Positions 37,066 through 49,764 of a DNA stretch of 64,000 bases are shown here, piece after piece. The notes beneath the pieces are model-generated. The model saw nothing but the letters and a program-made list of their open reading frames with translations, did no database searches and was not told where the DNA came from. Made by a program: the position numbers and the translations under genes. The DNA is from Cirrosporium novae-zelandiae (lineage: Eukaryota). Where the stretch lies: contig JAPETS010000029.1 of assembly GCA_026023565.1 (NCBI GenBank), forward strand, positions 124,001 through 188,000, in the 5' to 3' direction. The stretch's first letter is position 1; every line of letters begins with the position of its first letter.

Positions 37066-37884
37066 TCAACATGAGATCATGAACATAACCAACTTCATGA
37101 ATAGAATCCAATAACTAGCTCTCCATATCCCCATCCCACACAATAGTACATCAGTCCAGGAGCCCTTAACAATACTCTTTTGTATCTTGGAAAGAAAACT
37201 GCCCGTCTAACTACCCCTTCACTATAAGTTCCCATCCAATTCTAATATTAATTAATCCACCTTTCCTAAACAATTGACAGCAATTTAGATCCTCTTCCTA
37301 AACGAGCCAATATTAGGCATCAACGCTAGCCTCACAAAAGTGCTTGCCCCTATTGAATTAGGAATTTGAACCGCATGTTTTTCGGACCCGTCAAGCCGTT
37401 GGATACTTAGATAACAGTCATCATCCTGACATGAGTGTGGGGGGAATTATGTACTAGGTTTTTTTGTTGCACAGGCTTGATTTTGGACAGGAGAGTTAGA
37501 ATTTGTAGAAGGCTGTACTACCAGCGAGTTCTCTGGGGTATATAGATGACTAGGAACGAAATCTAGATTACGAACCGTAGACAAAGTGAAAAATGTTTCT
37601 GTAGCTTGTTGCTGTGCTACGCTTTTAGGAGTTGTAGTAACGTTCGTATCCACTGGTCTTTTAGCTATTGAGCTGGCCTTGCTCTCGACATCTTCTCTAC
37701 TAGAGAGCGCATTGTTGGAGGATCTCTCAAGTGGCTTTCTGAAAGACTTCGCTAAAACTGTAGCTTCAAGCTCCTCGAAGTCTTCGACGGTCAAATCTTC
37801 GCCAAGAAGATCAAGCGAGCCCTGAGGTGGCTTGTCGAGAACATCCTGAGACTAGAAAGATCGGCCACCACAAACTTGCTGCAT
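37066..37884 (-). pseudogene. Stop-riddled gene relic, paralogous to the relic at 40.9-42.7 kb
   Basis: One continuous protein-like frame broken by several TAG/TAA/TGA codons; contains QGSLDLLGEDLTVEDFEELE. Confidence 0.55.
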
Positions 37885-37902
37885 TCTTTGCTGATTCCAC
37901 GA

Positions 37903-40404
37903 TCAAAAACCATCTGTTTTCAAAGTGATACCATCTGCCATTAAACTTAAGTATGAGAAGGATCGGTCAAAAAACCAGTACAATGTTGGGTGACTCTTCA
38001 TCCTAATTAGCAAGTGTACAAGACTAGGAGGCTCCTTTTTTCAAGCAAGATTTGACAAAAGTCACTCACCTCATTGATCTGTAGGCTTTCATGCACTGAA
38101 GCTTTGCACACCCCCACTTGAAAATCTTGAGACGTACAGCAAAAGGTAAGACCCCGAACCTTGTAACGAGATCCGTATTCAATTGTATAATAAACGAGGA
38201 GTTCACTCAAAGTTCCAGTAAGGCCGTCAAAATTCAAAGTCTGAAATTCCTCTCGTGCTTGACCAAGGATATCAGGACTCCTATTGTTATACAATATTTT
38301 CATGCCTGTAAGGTAATCCTTTTCACTAAAAGTCTCGCTGTAAATTATGATCTTCCGAATAGACATCATACAAGCTTTAGAACAAAATGATATGGCAGGT
38401 TCAAAATGGTTATCGAAATTGATGAGTTTCGACGTCCACTTCACAGAGTTCTCTGATGATGGCATCTTCAAGAATTGATCTAGGTTGTTGTCTACGTCTA
38501 AAAAGACTCCAAAGATAGAAATACAATACTCGTCCATAACCTAAAACTAGTTAACTAGGAATACTTGTGATAATCAAATTAATACTAACCTTTGATGTAC
38601 AGAACAATCCGTGGGAGGAGGACGAAATAGGACACCATTCTTTTGCAGCTTCGTTTCCAAACAAAATCGTACGTCCCAAGCTAGTGAGAAACTGCAAAGA
38701 AATGAGTGATTAAAAAATAAAATAAAGAATTGGTTATTTACTTTTATGGAAATTCCATTGTTTTTACCGGAACTTGCTTTCGCGCAGGTCAATCCAACTA
38801 CCTTCTCGTGTTTGTCCAAATCAGGATGAAAAGATAATTTTGACGCTGATGATAATTTATGGCCAATGGATAGAACATTGTATGGTCCCATAACAAATTC
38901 GATTGCTGAAATAGCTTCTGTCCTTCGATCGACAAATGCATTGACTGCCGTTATTGAAGTAATATTGCTGTCAATAAAAGTGTACGGATGGATACGGTCC
39001 CCAGCAGCACGGTCGATAAGAATAACTGGTTTCAACTGTTGCAATGGAAGCCTTGATTGCCATACGGCTGGTTGTACTAACGGCACTATGGATTTCTTTT
39101 TTGCAAAAGCAAGTGCACAAATTTTGATAGTCTATAAAAAAGTCAAAATTAATTTTATATCGCAATAGTGGACTTACATCAAAAGACAAGATAAAAGTTT
39201 CATCTTTACAGCCCGAAGGCCATTCCAGTTGAGCATGTACACATGTGCCTAAATCCGTTTCTGTAACACCTCCAGGCAAAACAGGCCCCCACTCCAATTG
39301 ATCTTTGATTTGGAGGGCTATAAAGCCTTTGCCATTGCTAATAAGCCGCATACCACACAAATACTTAGGTGAAAACTTGACTGTTAAGTCACCATCATAT
39401 CCTAGTTTTGAACCACCACAACAAAAACCACATAGGTAATATTGATTTCTGATGCGGCTGAAATTAAATTCCATCTGCGATGTGCTCCAACTGATCTCTT
39501 TCTGTTTCGAAAGTGAACCTTTTGGATCCGAGAAAATTGTATCACGTCCCGACGTTACGATGTCGGTATCTCTCCCAGTTAAAGAATATTGTATTTTGGA
39601 AATTAACAGTTTCGCGTTATCCAATACCACCGTATAGTTAGCAGTATGCGGGAAAGAAGATGAAAAATAATGAAGGTTTGTAAGAGCTTGCTTGGTACTT
39701 CTAACGATCTCTGCCTTAGATGTCAGTTGTTGCACATCAACTGCTAGGTATTTATGGGCTAGAAACAGCCAAATTTTATCGCTCGGTTTGATATGTGTAA
39801 CTTGCTGAAAGCTGCATATATCCTTGTAAGAATTCAAAAATGAATAAATGATTTGTATGATTTCATGCGGTATCTTAAGATCAATGCCAGACGATCTAAC
39901 TGGGTTCGATTTAATAGCACCATGAAACTTGCGTGGGGGGTTATCTTCGAGAACATTGGGGTTTTTGACAGGATTAGAGTTGGTGGCATTATCGCACTTG
40001 CGGCCTGGATTATGGCCAAGGACGTTGGAGTTCTTGACAGCATCAGAGTCAGTAGTATCGCTGAACTCGCGGTTGAGATTGTAATCGAGAGCATCAGGAG
40101 ACTGAATGAATTTAATCGAAATCATGAATGGTTTCATGTCTCGAAGAACATGACAGAATCTGTCTAGCCATCTCACATCGACTCTAGATGTTCCTAAGAC
40201 CACAGTTACCACTATCCAGCAGGCTGCATGAACAACATTTTGGGTGTGTATATAAGTATCAGAAGATCCAATAAGATGATTCCCTGCGGCACCTTCCTCT
40301 AGTTGCAAAATTTGGAACCAAGATCGCCATGCTTCGATGCCTTTACCCGTATACGTCGAATCGATTGATTTCCCACAAAGGAGACAAATGCGACAATAAC
40401 CCAT
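37903..40404 (-). CDS. Five-exon hypothetical protein with N-terminal CxxC, an F-box-like motif and a beta-rich C-terminal region
   Basis: Exons 40404-39178, 39131-38742, 38691-38590, 38540-38070, 38002-37903 splice in frame with canonical sites. Motifs: CLLCG, HAACW, IPHEIIQIIYSFL. Confidence 0.72.
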
Positions 40405-40869
40405 TGAGGAAATCGAAAAAGTAGAAACCTCTGGTGTTAGACTAAGCGTTACGAAAAAAGAGTTTCGGTGAAGGTCTAAATGAATGGATTTTAGTTCTTT
40501 ATCATACGAAAATGACAGTATTTATTCGGAATATAGCAACCTCCGGTATATGTGCCGGGGACTGTAACGGCATGCCAAGCGCATAGGCGAGGTTTGGCGC
40601 GTGGCTAGACCCTTATATAGGAGAACGCTGCTTGATTCATCAAGGCAGCGTTTGACTTTTGTATCTACAGAAGGAGCACTTCGAAAGCTATCATCATTAC
40701 TTGCGTCTTGCATGCGAATAGCACGTTGTACCTATTAGTTATATATTCTATTGCCTCACTAGTCTACCACACTGCCTGTACTAAGCGCTGCCTTTACAGG
40801 GACAGACTTTCTTGCATTCGTAACTAATAAATAAATGAGTAGATATTTAACAACAAATTCTAATTACCA

Positions 40870-42710
40870 GCTTCGCTGGATAACCGTTCTATATCTATTG
40901 TATAAGCGAGTCTCTATTCACACTAAGCCGTAATAATAATATCAAGATCCCATCTCCATTTAGGCCATTCATTGATTACCATGGAATCCAAATTAGAAGA
41001 GACCATCTCTTCATCCACAGTCTCGTTCTATCATAGTAATCTTCTCCGAGGCGGTTTATCTTCCTTGGTACCAATCAACCCCCTCCAGTCCATTACTATT
41101 ACTTTCAAGGCTAGAGATGGTCTGAATGCGTGGTTGCGAGTAGGTCCACCTTTGAGTAGGTGCAGCAACTTGTGATAATTCTATCAGCAGAAGTCGCTCG
41201 TTATCACCATCATGACTAGGCTTGCTCCGTATTGTCATTCTGTTTAAGAATTGCTATCAATGGAGATGCATTTGTGGTGCTTTATGGCCAATATGACTGC
41301 CTCGACCTCGACCATGATAATCCCCTGTTTTGGTTTGCAATGGAGAATGTTTCTTCCCATCGCGCCTTGTGCTAGACGGTCTCCTCACTCTTGGTAAGTG
41401 GCAGTCTTCACTGGAACGTTTCCTCTTGGATACTTCAGTAGTCGGATTAGCTATAGCTTGTCTTTCGAGTGCATCAAAGCTAGAGGCACTCAAGTCAAGG
41501 TCGCTATACTTGGTTGAGGAATCATTGAGTGGATCAGAGAATCCCGCTTTTGCTATGAGCTCGAAATCCTCGATTGTCAAATCATAGTCGATAAGATCCT
41601 CTGACTCCTGTAGGCTTTCGGTATTACATATTGTCGAAGACATGTAGCCAGCTTGATAACCCCAATCTAACAGCTGCATTTCCTCATCGCTTTCGGATGT
41701 TAGAATATCACATTCTTGAGTTGAAAGTTGTTGCATAGAATCCAAAATCTTTGACACCGAATCACTACTATCCAGATCTTGTGAAACTGACAAATTTCTG
41801 ACCTTAGAGTCTGACACTCGCCATAAAGGCCTTCGAATCTGGATAGCTGCCCGATTGTCTCTTTTCCGTCGTCGAACCCATAGCGAGGAATCTGGAGAAT
41901 CCTCTACGAACGAACCCTCTGTTGTGCTTCCCAGAACGCGACCAACTCCGATACCCTCGGTCGAAATATCATAAAAGGTTTCTGAAACTTGCACAATTGA
42001 ACCAGACTCGGAATGAGAAGCTAAACCCTGGTCTAATGGGCTTGAGCACGATTCTGGGAGATTTTCATCAACCCAATCGTTTAAGAAATGTGAATATAAC
42101 CTTTCAATCAGTTCCCTTTCTGAAGATCTAGCTTCGCCACTGGATGTTTGGGTACCCGGATCAGTTTCAGAATAGCTAGAATTGATGCGGTCTTCCTTTT
42201 GTCCTTCTTCCGATCCAGAGCCATTCTCAAGATGAGAGAGTTCATCTATTCCTAGATCGATGAATACTAACTTCGAGTTACGGAGAGAAATCTCCTCGGT
42301 TGTAGAGCCAGCGCTGATAGATGCACTGTTTTCATCGAATAGAGACATCCATGATCTCCGTTCGATATCAAAGATGTCTCTGGAATATGTTGTTGCAATA
42401 TTTGATTCAGGAGATGTTGTAGCACCATAATGGCGGAGGGGGCTGCTAAGAGTTAAGGAGGTTTCTTCAAAACACATCTTTTGCTCTAGCCATAACGTCA
42501 ATAATCAAGCGTTAACAATTAGGTAGATAAGCTAAGAATACCAAACGGTCAAGTGAAAAACAAAAATCACCTAAGAAAGCTGGGCTCTTAACAAGTAAGC
42601 ATTAAGTGATATTGATGTATAGCCCAAAGGCCTGGAACTGGGATACTGTGTACCTTCTATAATGTCATGTAGCTTTGTTGTGTACCTACTCGAGTAGTTT
42701 GTTGAGGCTA
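40870..42710 (-). pseudogene. Decayed Ser/Asp/Glu-rich gene that includes the 414-aa ORF
   Basis: The 41257-42501 ORF continues in frame past TGA-TAG into the 41056-41238 ORF and through further stops. A probable intron (~42570-42487) joins an upstream exon that also carries stops. Confidence 0.55.
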
Positions 42711-43551
42711 GATAACAGTTAGCCAAGTGTTAACCGCCTAAGGATTATAGTTTTAGTCTTCCGTCGTCCCGGTGACGATCCTTAAAAGTTTTAGTTTTGG
42801 GATTTGTAGAGTTGATATATTCTGAACATCTGCTAGAAATTAATTGACTACCATATTCAAGTTACTGATTAGTCTATATAGTCTAAGCATCTCGAGCCAG
42901 AGGACTCCACTGCAAGGAAAATAATAGATATAACAATGATCATCGGTAGTATATAGCTAAAATGAGACTAATTATTAATTAGATCAAAATGGACCTTTTG
43001 TCTGGAAATTCTAGTCGCAAGTTGATGTTTGATATTCCAAATATGTCCATGTAGTGTAGATAACCAAGTGGATATTTTGATCTTCATTTTGGTGGGTCGA
43101 AATCGGGAGAGCCATGACTAAGACAGGATGTTCAGGCACTAAGGCACCAGCAGACCATTACCCTCTTATTAATATAACCCCTCCCTACACCTTCAATGCT
43201 ACAAGTTCATCGAACCAAGGGAATAATATAAGATGGCTTCCACCATTCCTCCTTCTAGGTCTACGCTTCCATATATATTCTTCGATTTAAATTTTTGCCA
43301 AACTACTTGGACGCTATTACTTCATGGGTTTCATGCCCACCGTCCTATTGTTCCACCAAGGATTGGCCTTTACTACACGAAGGCGAGATTTTAGTGAATT
43401 TGCTAACCAAGAGATAATAAAGAGTGTCTTAGTCACACTTGAATCAATCGTGAAATTAGTCTATGAATTCGAATAGAGATATACTCGAAGAGGAATCCGT
43501 TCTAGCCTACGATACGCCCATCTACTTTCGGCGAGAAACATCGTGAATAAC

Positions 43552-45782
43552 ATGTCTACCGAGTGGGTTGCCTGCCATAAGAGCTCTTGTATCTGCAGCA
43601 GACTACATGAAGCTTGCCTACCACAAGAGGTTAAGAAATTGACCCACCCACAAAACATCATCGGAACGTCCTCATTCAAGGCAGAGCCTCGCGTGCATGC
43701 TCTTTCCGCCGAACCCATACAGCATGAACCATCTATGCAATCGGAGCCGATACTCTTAGAACACAAAGATTTAAAGCATCTTACCGAATTCATCTTTCAG
43801 GGCGTTCCGTCAACAATTGGACCTTCATGGGCAAGACGGAAAGGCAATCCGGATTTAATACGAGGGGTCACATACCAAGAATTATCTGAAGCTGCCCATG
43901 GCTGTTGGTTCTGTGCCGTTATATATACCGGTCTTTCAATGGTAGCTCCACGGACTACATGGGGTCAGAAAAACAAAGAGGAAGTTGAAGTTAGGGTCCT
44001 AAAGTCAGTAGACCAGGTAGAAGTCATATTTGCAGTTTCAGACTCGGAAAGATGGTACAGCGTCTGCTATGACTTTTTCTTGTCGGATAATTCAGGTAAT
44101 AATATTTTCAGCCTTGCCTCTTGTTTAGTATAATGTAGGAATCTAATGAATTGGAAGTTCTCCCTAGCGGCTGCCGCAAGTTCAATACTGCCCAGGAGGT
44201 AGGTACATGTACAGCATCAGATCATACTTTTGACTTTGCCGCAGAGCAACTCAAAAATTGCCTCCAAAACCACACTGAATGTGGATACTCGGACAAAGCT
44301 ACACTGCCGAAAAGAGTACTGAAAATAGGATTCCATGCCAATAAATATACCGTTAATTTGTATCATTCAGTTAATGAGGTGGCAGGTTATGTTGTCCTGA
44401 GTCACTGTTGGGGTTCAAAAATAGATCAAGTAACAACAACAAGAGACACTCTAATAATCAGACAGCATGATATCCCTTGGTCGGCATTAACAAAAACATT
44501 TCAAGATGCTGTCATCATTTCCTGGAAGCTTGGTTTCGAGTATATCTGGATCGATTCCCTCTGTATTATCCAAGACGATCGTACCGATTGGGAAGAACAA
44601 TCTGCACAGATGGAAACAATTTACCAAAATGCAATATTTGCAATTTGTGCAAATCATGCTCGCGATGGAAACGGTGGGTGCTTTAACGATAACCTTTTAC
44701 GACTTCCAGAATCTTGGGCCATCGCCGAATTCAAATCCGATGGGGGTATACAAACGATTCGAGCACGGGACAAGATATTCCACCTAGGTATTCATGATCG
44801 TATCGAGAGAGACAACCGTCGGAAGACCTCTCCCCTTGCCGAAAGAGCATGGACTCTTCAGGAACGAATTCTTCCTTCACGGAAGCTACATTACAACAGA
44901 TTTGAATTGGTATGGGATTGTGAAAGGCATATGTCCTGTCAATGTGATCGTGCAACAGGCCAGAAAAGTTGGAATCCAGCCATCTTCAGACAAGAAAAGG
45001 CACTGGTGCCCAACCAACAAGAGCTTCTATATAGATGGCTTGAGGTTGTGAATCACTATTCGGAAAAAGCAGTGACAAAGGCTCAAGATCGGTTACCTGC
45101 ACTTTCCGGTTTAGCTAAACGGTTCGCCCATGCGGGCTTGTGTGGATATTTAGCTGGGGATTGGTCGTGTGAGCTTATCGAGTGCTTGAAGTGGAGAACT
45201 AGGAACAACGATATAACGCAAAGACATCAAACTTACATTGCACCAACCTGGTCATGGGCCTCCGTGATAGGCGAAGTGCATTTTTCGATGATATTCAAAA
45301 AATTAAGGGGAGATGAGGAATCTGACGGTAGCAAGCCCTTGGTCTGCGTTGAAGGCGAAGGCTGCACATTGGCTAGTTTGGATCTCACAGGTGCGGTCAC
45401 AGGTGGTTTTATCACTCTTATAGGTCCTATGGTGGAGATGAGCTTATCATTTTTGGAGCACGAGCGGCAGTTTGTATCCACAGGTGCATTTGAAACATTG
45501 AAATTCACGCTGACCGTTAGAAACCTACAAGTTAACTTCAGCCCGGATGTTCCGCATCAGCTTGATAAAAATTGGTTATACAGAAATCCCACTGTTTACG
45601 GCATGGCTTTTGACAAAGATTTTGCGTTGGTCCTTCGAAAATCTGAAGACTTTCCTGGCTGTTACGAGCGACTTGGATCACTCTGGCAACAAGCCTACCA
45701 TGATGGGGAACGGGATTATATTATGAGTTCCGTCGACGAGTTTCTGGGCGAAGCAAAGCACGAAGCAATCAAGGTTGTGTGA
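43552..45782 (+). CDS. HET-domain (heterokaryon incompatibility, TIR-related) protein
   Basis: Intron 44096-44157. Motifs: CWFC, LPKRVL, YVVLSHCWG, TFQDAV, YIWIDSLCIIQDD, MEIYQNA-type, PLAERAWTLQERIL, DRLPALSG, APTWSWAS. Confidence 0.92.
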
Positions 45783-46690
45783 CCTCTGGGCATGGCTTCG
45801 TGGTTTAGAGACGTAGACGTTCTAGATATTCGGTCTATCGAGGCAAATATGTACCATAGTTCGTAGGTAGAATCTGCTAGAGAGGACATTGTTATGAGGT
45901 AGTGTTGATAATCGAGTAGACTAACCATGTTGATTATACTGAAGCTGAAGAGTCGACAAGGCCCACGACCAGTCTCGATACATGCTAAAGAGAACCAGGT
46001 TCATAAGCACACACGACACCAATTCAAAATCCGAACACTAGACTAATTTAAGCACACAATGATCATTGTACGGTACTGTACATAGAAAAATAAAACAACT
46101 ATACTTCTGAACATCGAACTGGGGCAACAACACAGAATATAAAAAGGATAACAGCCAAAAGTCAGATAAAGACATCCGCCCACAATTTCTTATTGATCAT
46201 CACCAGCGGCAATGGTGACAACAAGGTGACCTCAAAGATGCCAAATCTTGCGCAATCCAATCCACCAAACTCATGTAAATCTTAAAGCATTTCTAGATTA
46301 TAGGTTTGAATCTAACAGACGTCTGTCTACTGGATAAAACTAGCTCATCCTAGAGGAAGAAGTGAGATGTAACAGGTATTTTAAATCATCGACCGAGGTC
46401 TAATTATATACCTTCTGTCATACTTGAAACACTTGGTGACAAGCTTTGCTTTATTTTTGCTACATTTCAGTCAGCGCTTATTCCACGTCCATGGAGTGTT
46501 TTTGTAAAGAAATTGCTCCTGGTAATCTACGAGCAGTTCTGTTTATGAAGAGGCATTTTTAAGCTCGTCTCTTTATCTTTGTCCACATTACCATTACCCT
46601 CAACGTTGTTTTATTTCTGCCCTACCTATAGCGCTATTGCGGACCCCTCCTGTCTTAGCTACATTTTGAGACCCTACTTAACAAAATCCA

Positions 46691-48275
46691 ATGCCACACC
46701 AAATGTCCTCATGTCCTTCAGATCCTAGTGAAAAGCTAGCAACCTCCGTTAAGGAACTTCTATTTCATACACTTTATGCTCCCACGGAAGACATCGAGAA
46801 CTATGGATCTGGCGGTTTGTATCCCGTCCACTTTGGAGACATTTTCAAGGAACCAAGATATAAAGTCATCCGTAGACTGGGCTATGGTTCATTCTCCACC
46901 GTCTGGCTTGTCAAAGATTTCCAGTAAGATTAGCTATAATTGAGAGAAATATGGACATGGAACTGATAAACATTCAGAAGCAGCAATTATGCAGCTCTCA
47001 AGATTCTCACCGCGGGCGCTTCAAGGATAACACCGAACTAAAAATCCTAAAGCACTTATCTGAAACTAAACAGGACCATCCAGGAAAAAAACATGTAGTA
47101 AAACTACTTGACTACTTTATGCACGAGGGTTCGAACGGGAATCACCTATGTCTAGTTTTTGAGACCATGGGCGCAAGTTCTGCGAGCATGGCCGAAAAGA
47201 TATCCCTGAAGGGACCCCGAGGCGTAGATAATAGAGCATATCCAACATGGATGGTTAAATCTCTTATACGACAAGCTTTACTAGGCCTTGACTTTCTCCA
47301 TCAGGAAAGAATTGCACATGGCGATTTTCAGCCCGGCAATATACTCTTTTCCATCTCAAACCTACGATCTCTAGATAAAAAGCAATTAGCACAGGATTTT
47401 AACGCTGAAGGAGCTATTTCAGGGCCTGTTCGCCGGCTAGATGGCACGATCGATCCAGGAGCGCCGAGATATCTTGCTCTTAACCAATCATTGTCTCATT
47501 ACGTGAATCTCGGCCATGACTTTGTAGCTAAAATTTCTGACATGGGTGGAGGTGAGCAAGCTTGTTATTGTCGCTGGGCCAAGGCCTGAATATCTTGCTA
47601 ATTGTTATTATCGCAGCTTTCTTCTTCTCCTCTCCACCAAAGAAATATGTAACCCCTGTCGGACTCCGAAATCCCGAGTTAGTAGCTTCTGGGAAAATTG
47701 ATGTATTACAAGATGTTTGGAGCGTTGGATGTCTAATATTTGAGTTCTTGACCGGCTTACCTTTGCTCAATGTCAGCTTTTATGATTCTGAAGAGGATAC
47801 AAACAGCGCCCACTTTTTAGAATTTTCCGATATTCTTGGCCCCTTGCCCCAGTGGATATTATCAGCTTGGCCACAATCTCGAACCCATTTTGATGCCGAA
47901 GGCAATCAAATAAAATATTACATTCGGGAGCCTCCTGAAGATGGAGATCTTGAATTATCAGATGGTGGTTGGGATGGGCAATTGGAAAATGACATTGAAC
48001 CTACCGATGAAGATTTTATCGACGATATGGAATTCGAACCAGCCCCTAATGATCCACCAGAATTACCTATGGAAGATGCTAAAGCAGATGACCCGACGAT
48101 GCCTCCACTGGAGGATTTTTTCGACCAGAATAAGCCCTCTGACATGACTCCAGATGAAGCACACCTTGTGAAGACACTGTTACGCCAGATTCTCCAGTAT
48201 GACCGTGAAAAGCGCCCCACAGTTTCACAAATTTTGAAGCATCCTTGGTTTAATTCATCGAACGAAGCGGTTTAA
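46691..48275 (+). pseudogene. SRPK-like (CMGC) protein kinase with a frameshift near 47023
   Basis: YGSGGLYPV, RRLGYGSFSTVWL; introns 46924-46977 and 47552-47616. The YAALKILTA frame stops at TAA 47039, while KDNTELKIL...HGDFQPGNILF...DMG lies in another frame. Confidence 0.75.
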
Positions 48276-49764
48276 CTTGGTTGATGTTGTTGTTTTTTAT
48301 TTGTTTCTTAGGATAGTTGTTTTGTTTGAGGATTTCTATTATCCTAGCAAATAGAGTTCTAAGATCTTGCTTCATGTTAAGAGCTCAGTATGGAACCAAT
48401 TTAGGCACATAAGTTATCGTAGGACTAAAGTATGCGAGCCATTATTGGCAGAAGAGGCGGCTCTCAGGTAGGAAGGTGTTATTTATGCAAGAACAAAAGG
48501 AGTCCCGAAGAATCTAATCGTTAGCCAACATCTTGGAAGTCTATCTCAGAAATAAATAATATTTTTAATACCTAGGATGGAAACCCTTCCATCATACGAT
48601 AGCCTCATTAAGGGTATATAGGGGGTTAGAAGGGGTTTAATTGCCTGTAATTTGTATCGAAAGGACAATCGAGCATAGGTAGTCGTCCATCCAATCTACG
48701 GACGAACGGTTAAGGTTATGGTTTATGTTTGTATAGTTTGCACATTTGCTTACTTTGCTAAAACTCAAAGTCTATATTATATATTACCACCAAGAGTTAA
48801 ACTTAGAAATAACATACAACCTTGCAATAATTATACAACCCCAAGCCTACCACGAAGGTGTTGTAATATTTTTGTAACCACACAAAAAAATAATTTATAT
48901 ATGTAAAAAAATCTAAACATAATCATATATATTTCTGCGGGAATAAGTAAGGAATAAGGCTTTCGCCGTTGCAAAGAACCTATCAACTAGGTACCAAGAA
49001 GGAGGTTTGAAACCCTTATAACAAGAGCTTCTATAACATGGCTCTTCGAATTGTTTACAAAGATACAATGGTCTCCGTAAAAAGCATGATAGTCACAAGC
49101 CAAATCGAGGTCTTGTAGCTTCGGCGACTTACCTTATAGATATGGATCATTCAATCCATGTTTCAGCCAGTCTTGGGAAAGACATTGTTTCATCCTATTT
49201 TTGACTAGACTACCATTCAGTCCAGGTATTACAAGAGGAAAGGTAGAGTTTAAGGAAAAGAATTATGATAGAGAACCAAAATAAAAGATAAACCCCTAGC
49301 GTGGAAAGTATGCGGATATGGCATCGAGACAAATGTGGGGAAATGCGTCATGGGTATTATAAAAAATTCTTGTAGGAAAAAGAAAAGCTAGCTTTCTGTT
49401 TTATACATGACTGCAGACCCGCACAATTGAGGCACAATTATCGACCTTTGTCATTTTTACATGAAATAATAGTATATATTATGTATATGATCTTATTCTT
49501 CATCTACTCGGGTAGATAGAGGGGTTTCTTGGCATGCAGAAGATCAAGATATTACAAGCATAGTCTTACAATACCGGGAGATCCGCAGCCCATGTAAAAA
49601 AAATCGCATGAGGAATTTAGACTCAGTATCCTTTTCACGGTGGCATCATCGAGCATAAAGTGTTGCATTGTCCTCAAGGCCTAACCCGTCAGGTGACGAC
49701 GCTTGCTACTTACCTAGGTACTTAACTTCTGCTCCTAGAATTGATATTCAGTTTTCCACACTTC

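Noticed and set aside
48571..48593. Hairpin GATGGAA-ACCC-TTCCATC next to CTAG as a Helitron 3' end
   Set aside because: CTAG abuts the hairpin instead of lying about 10 nt away, and no Rep/helicase remnant was seen.
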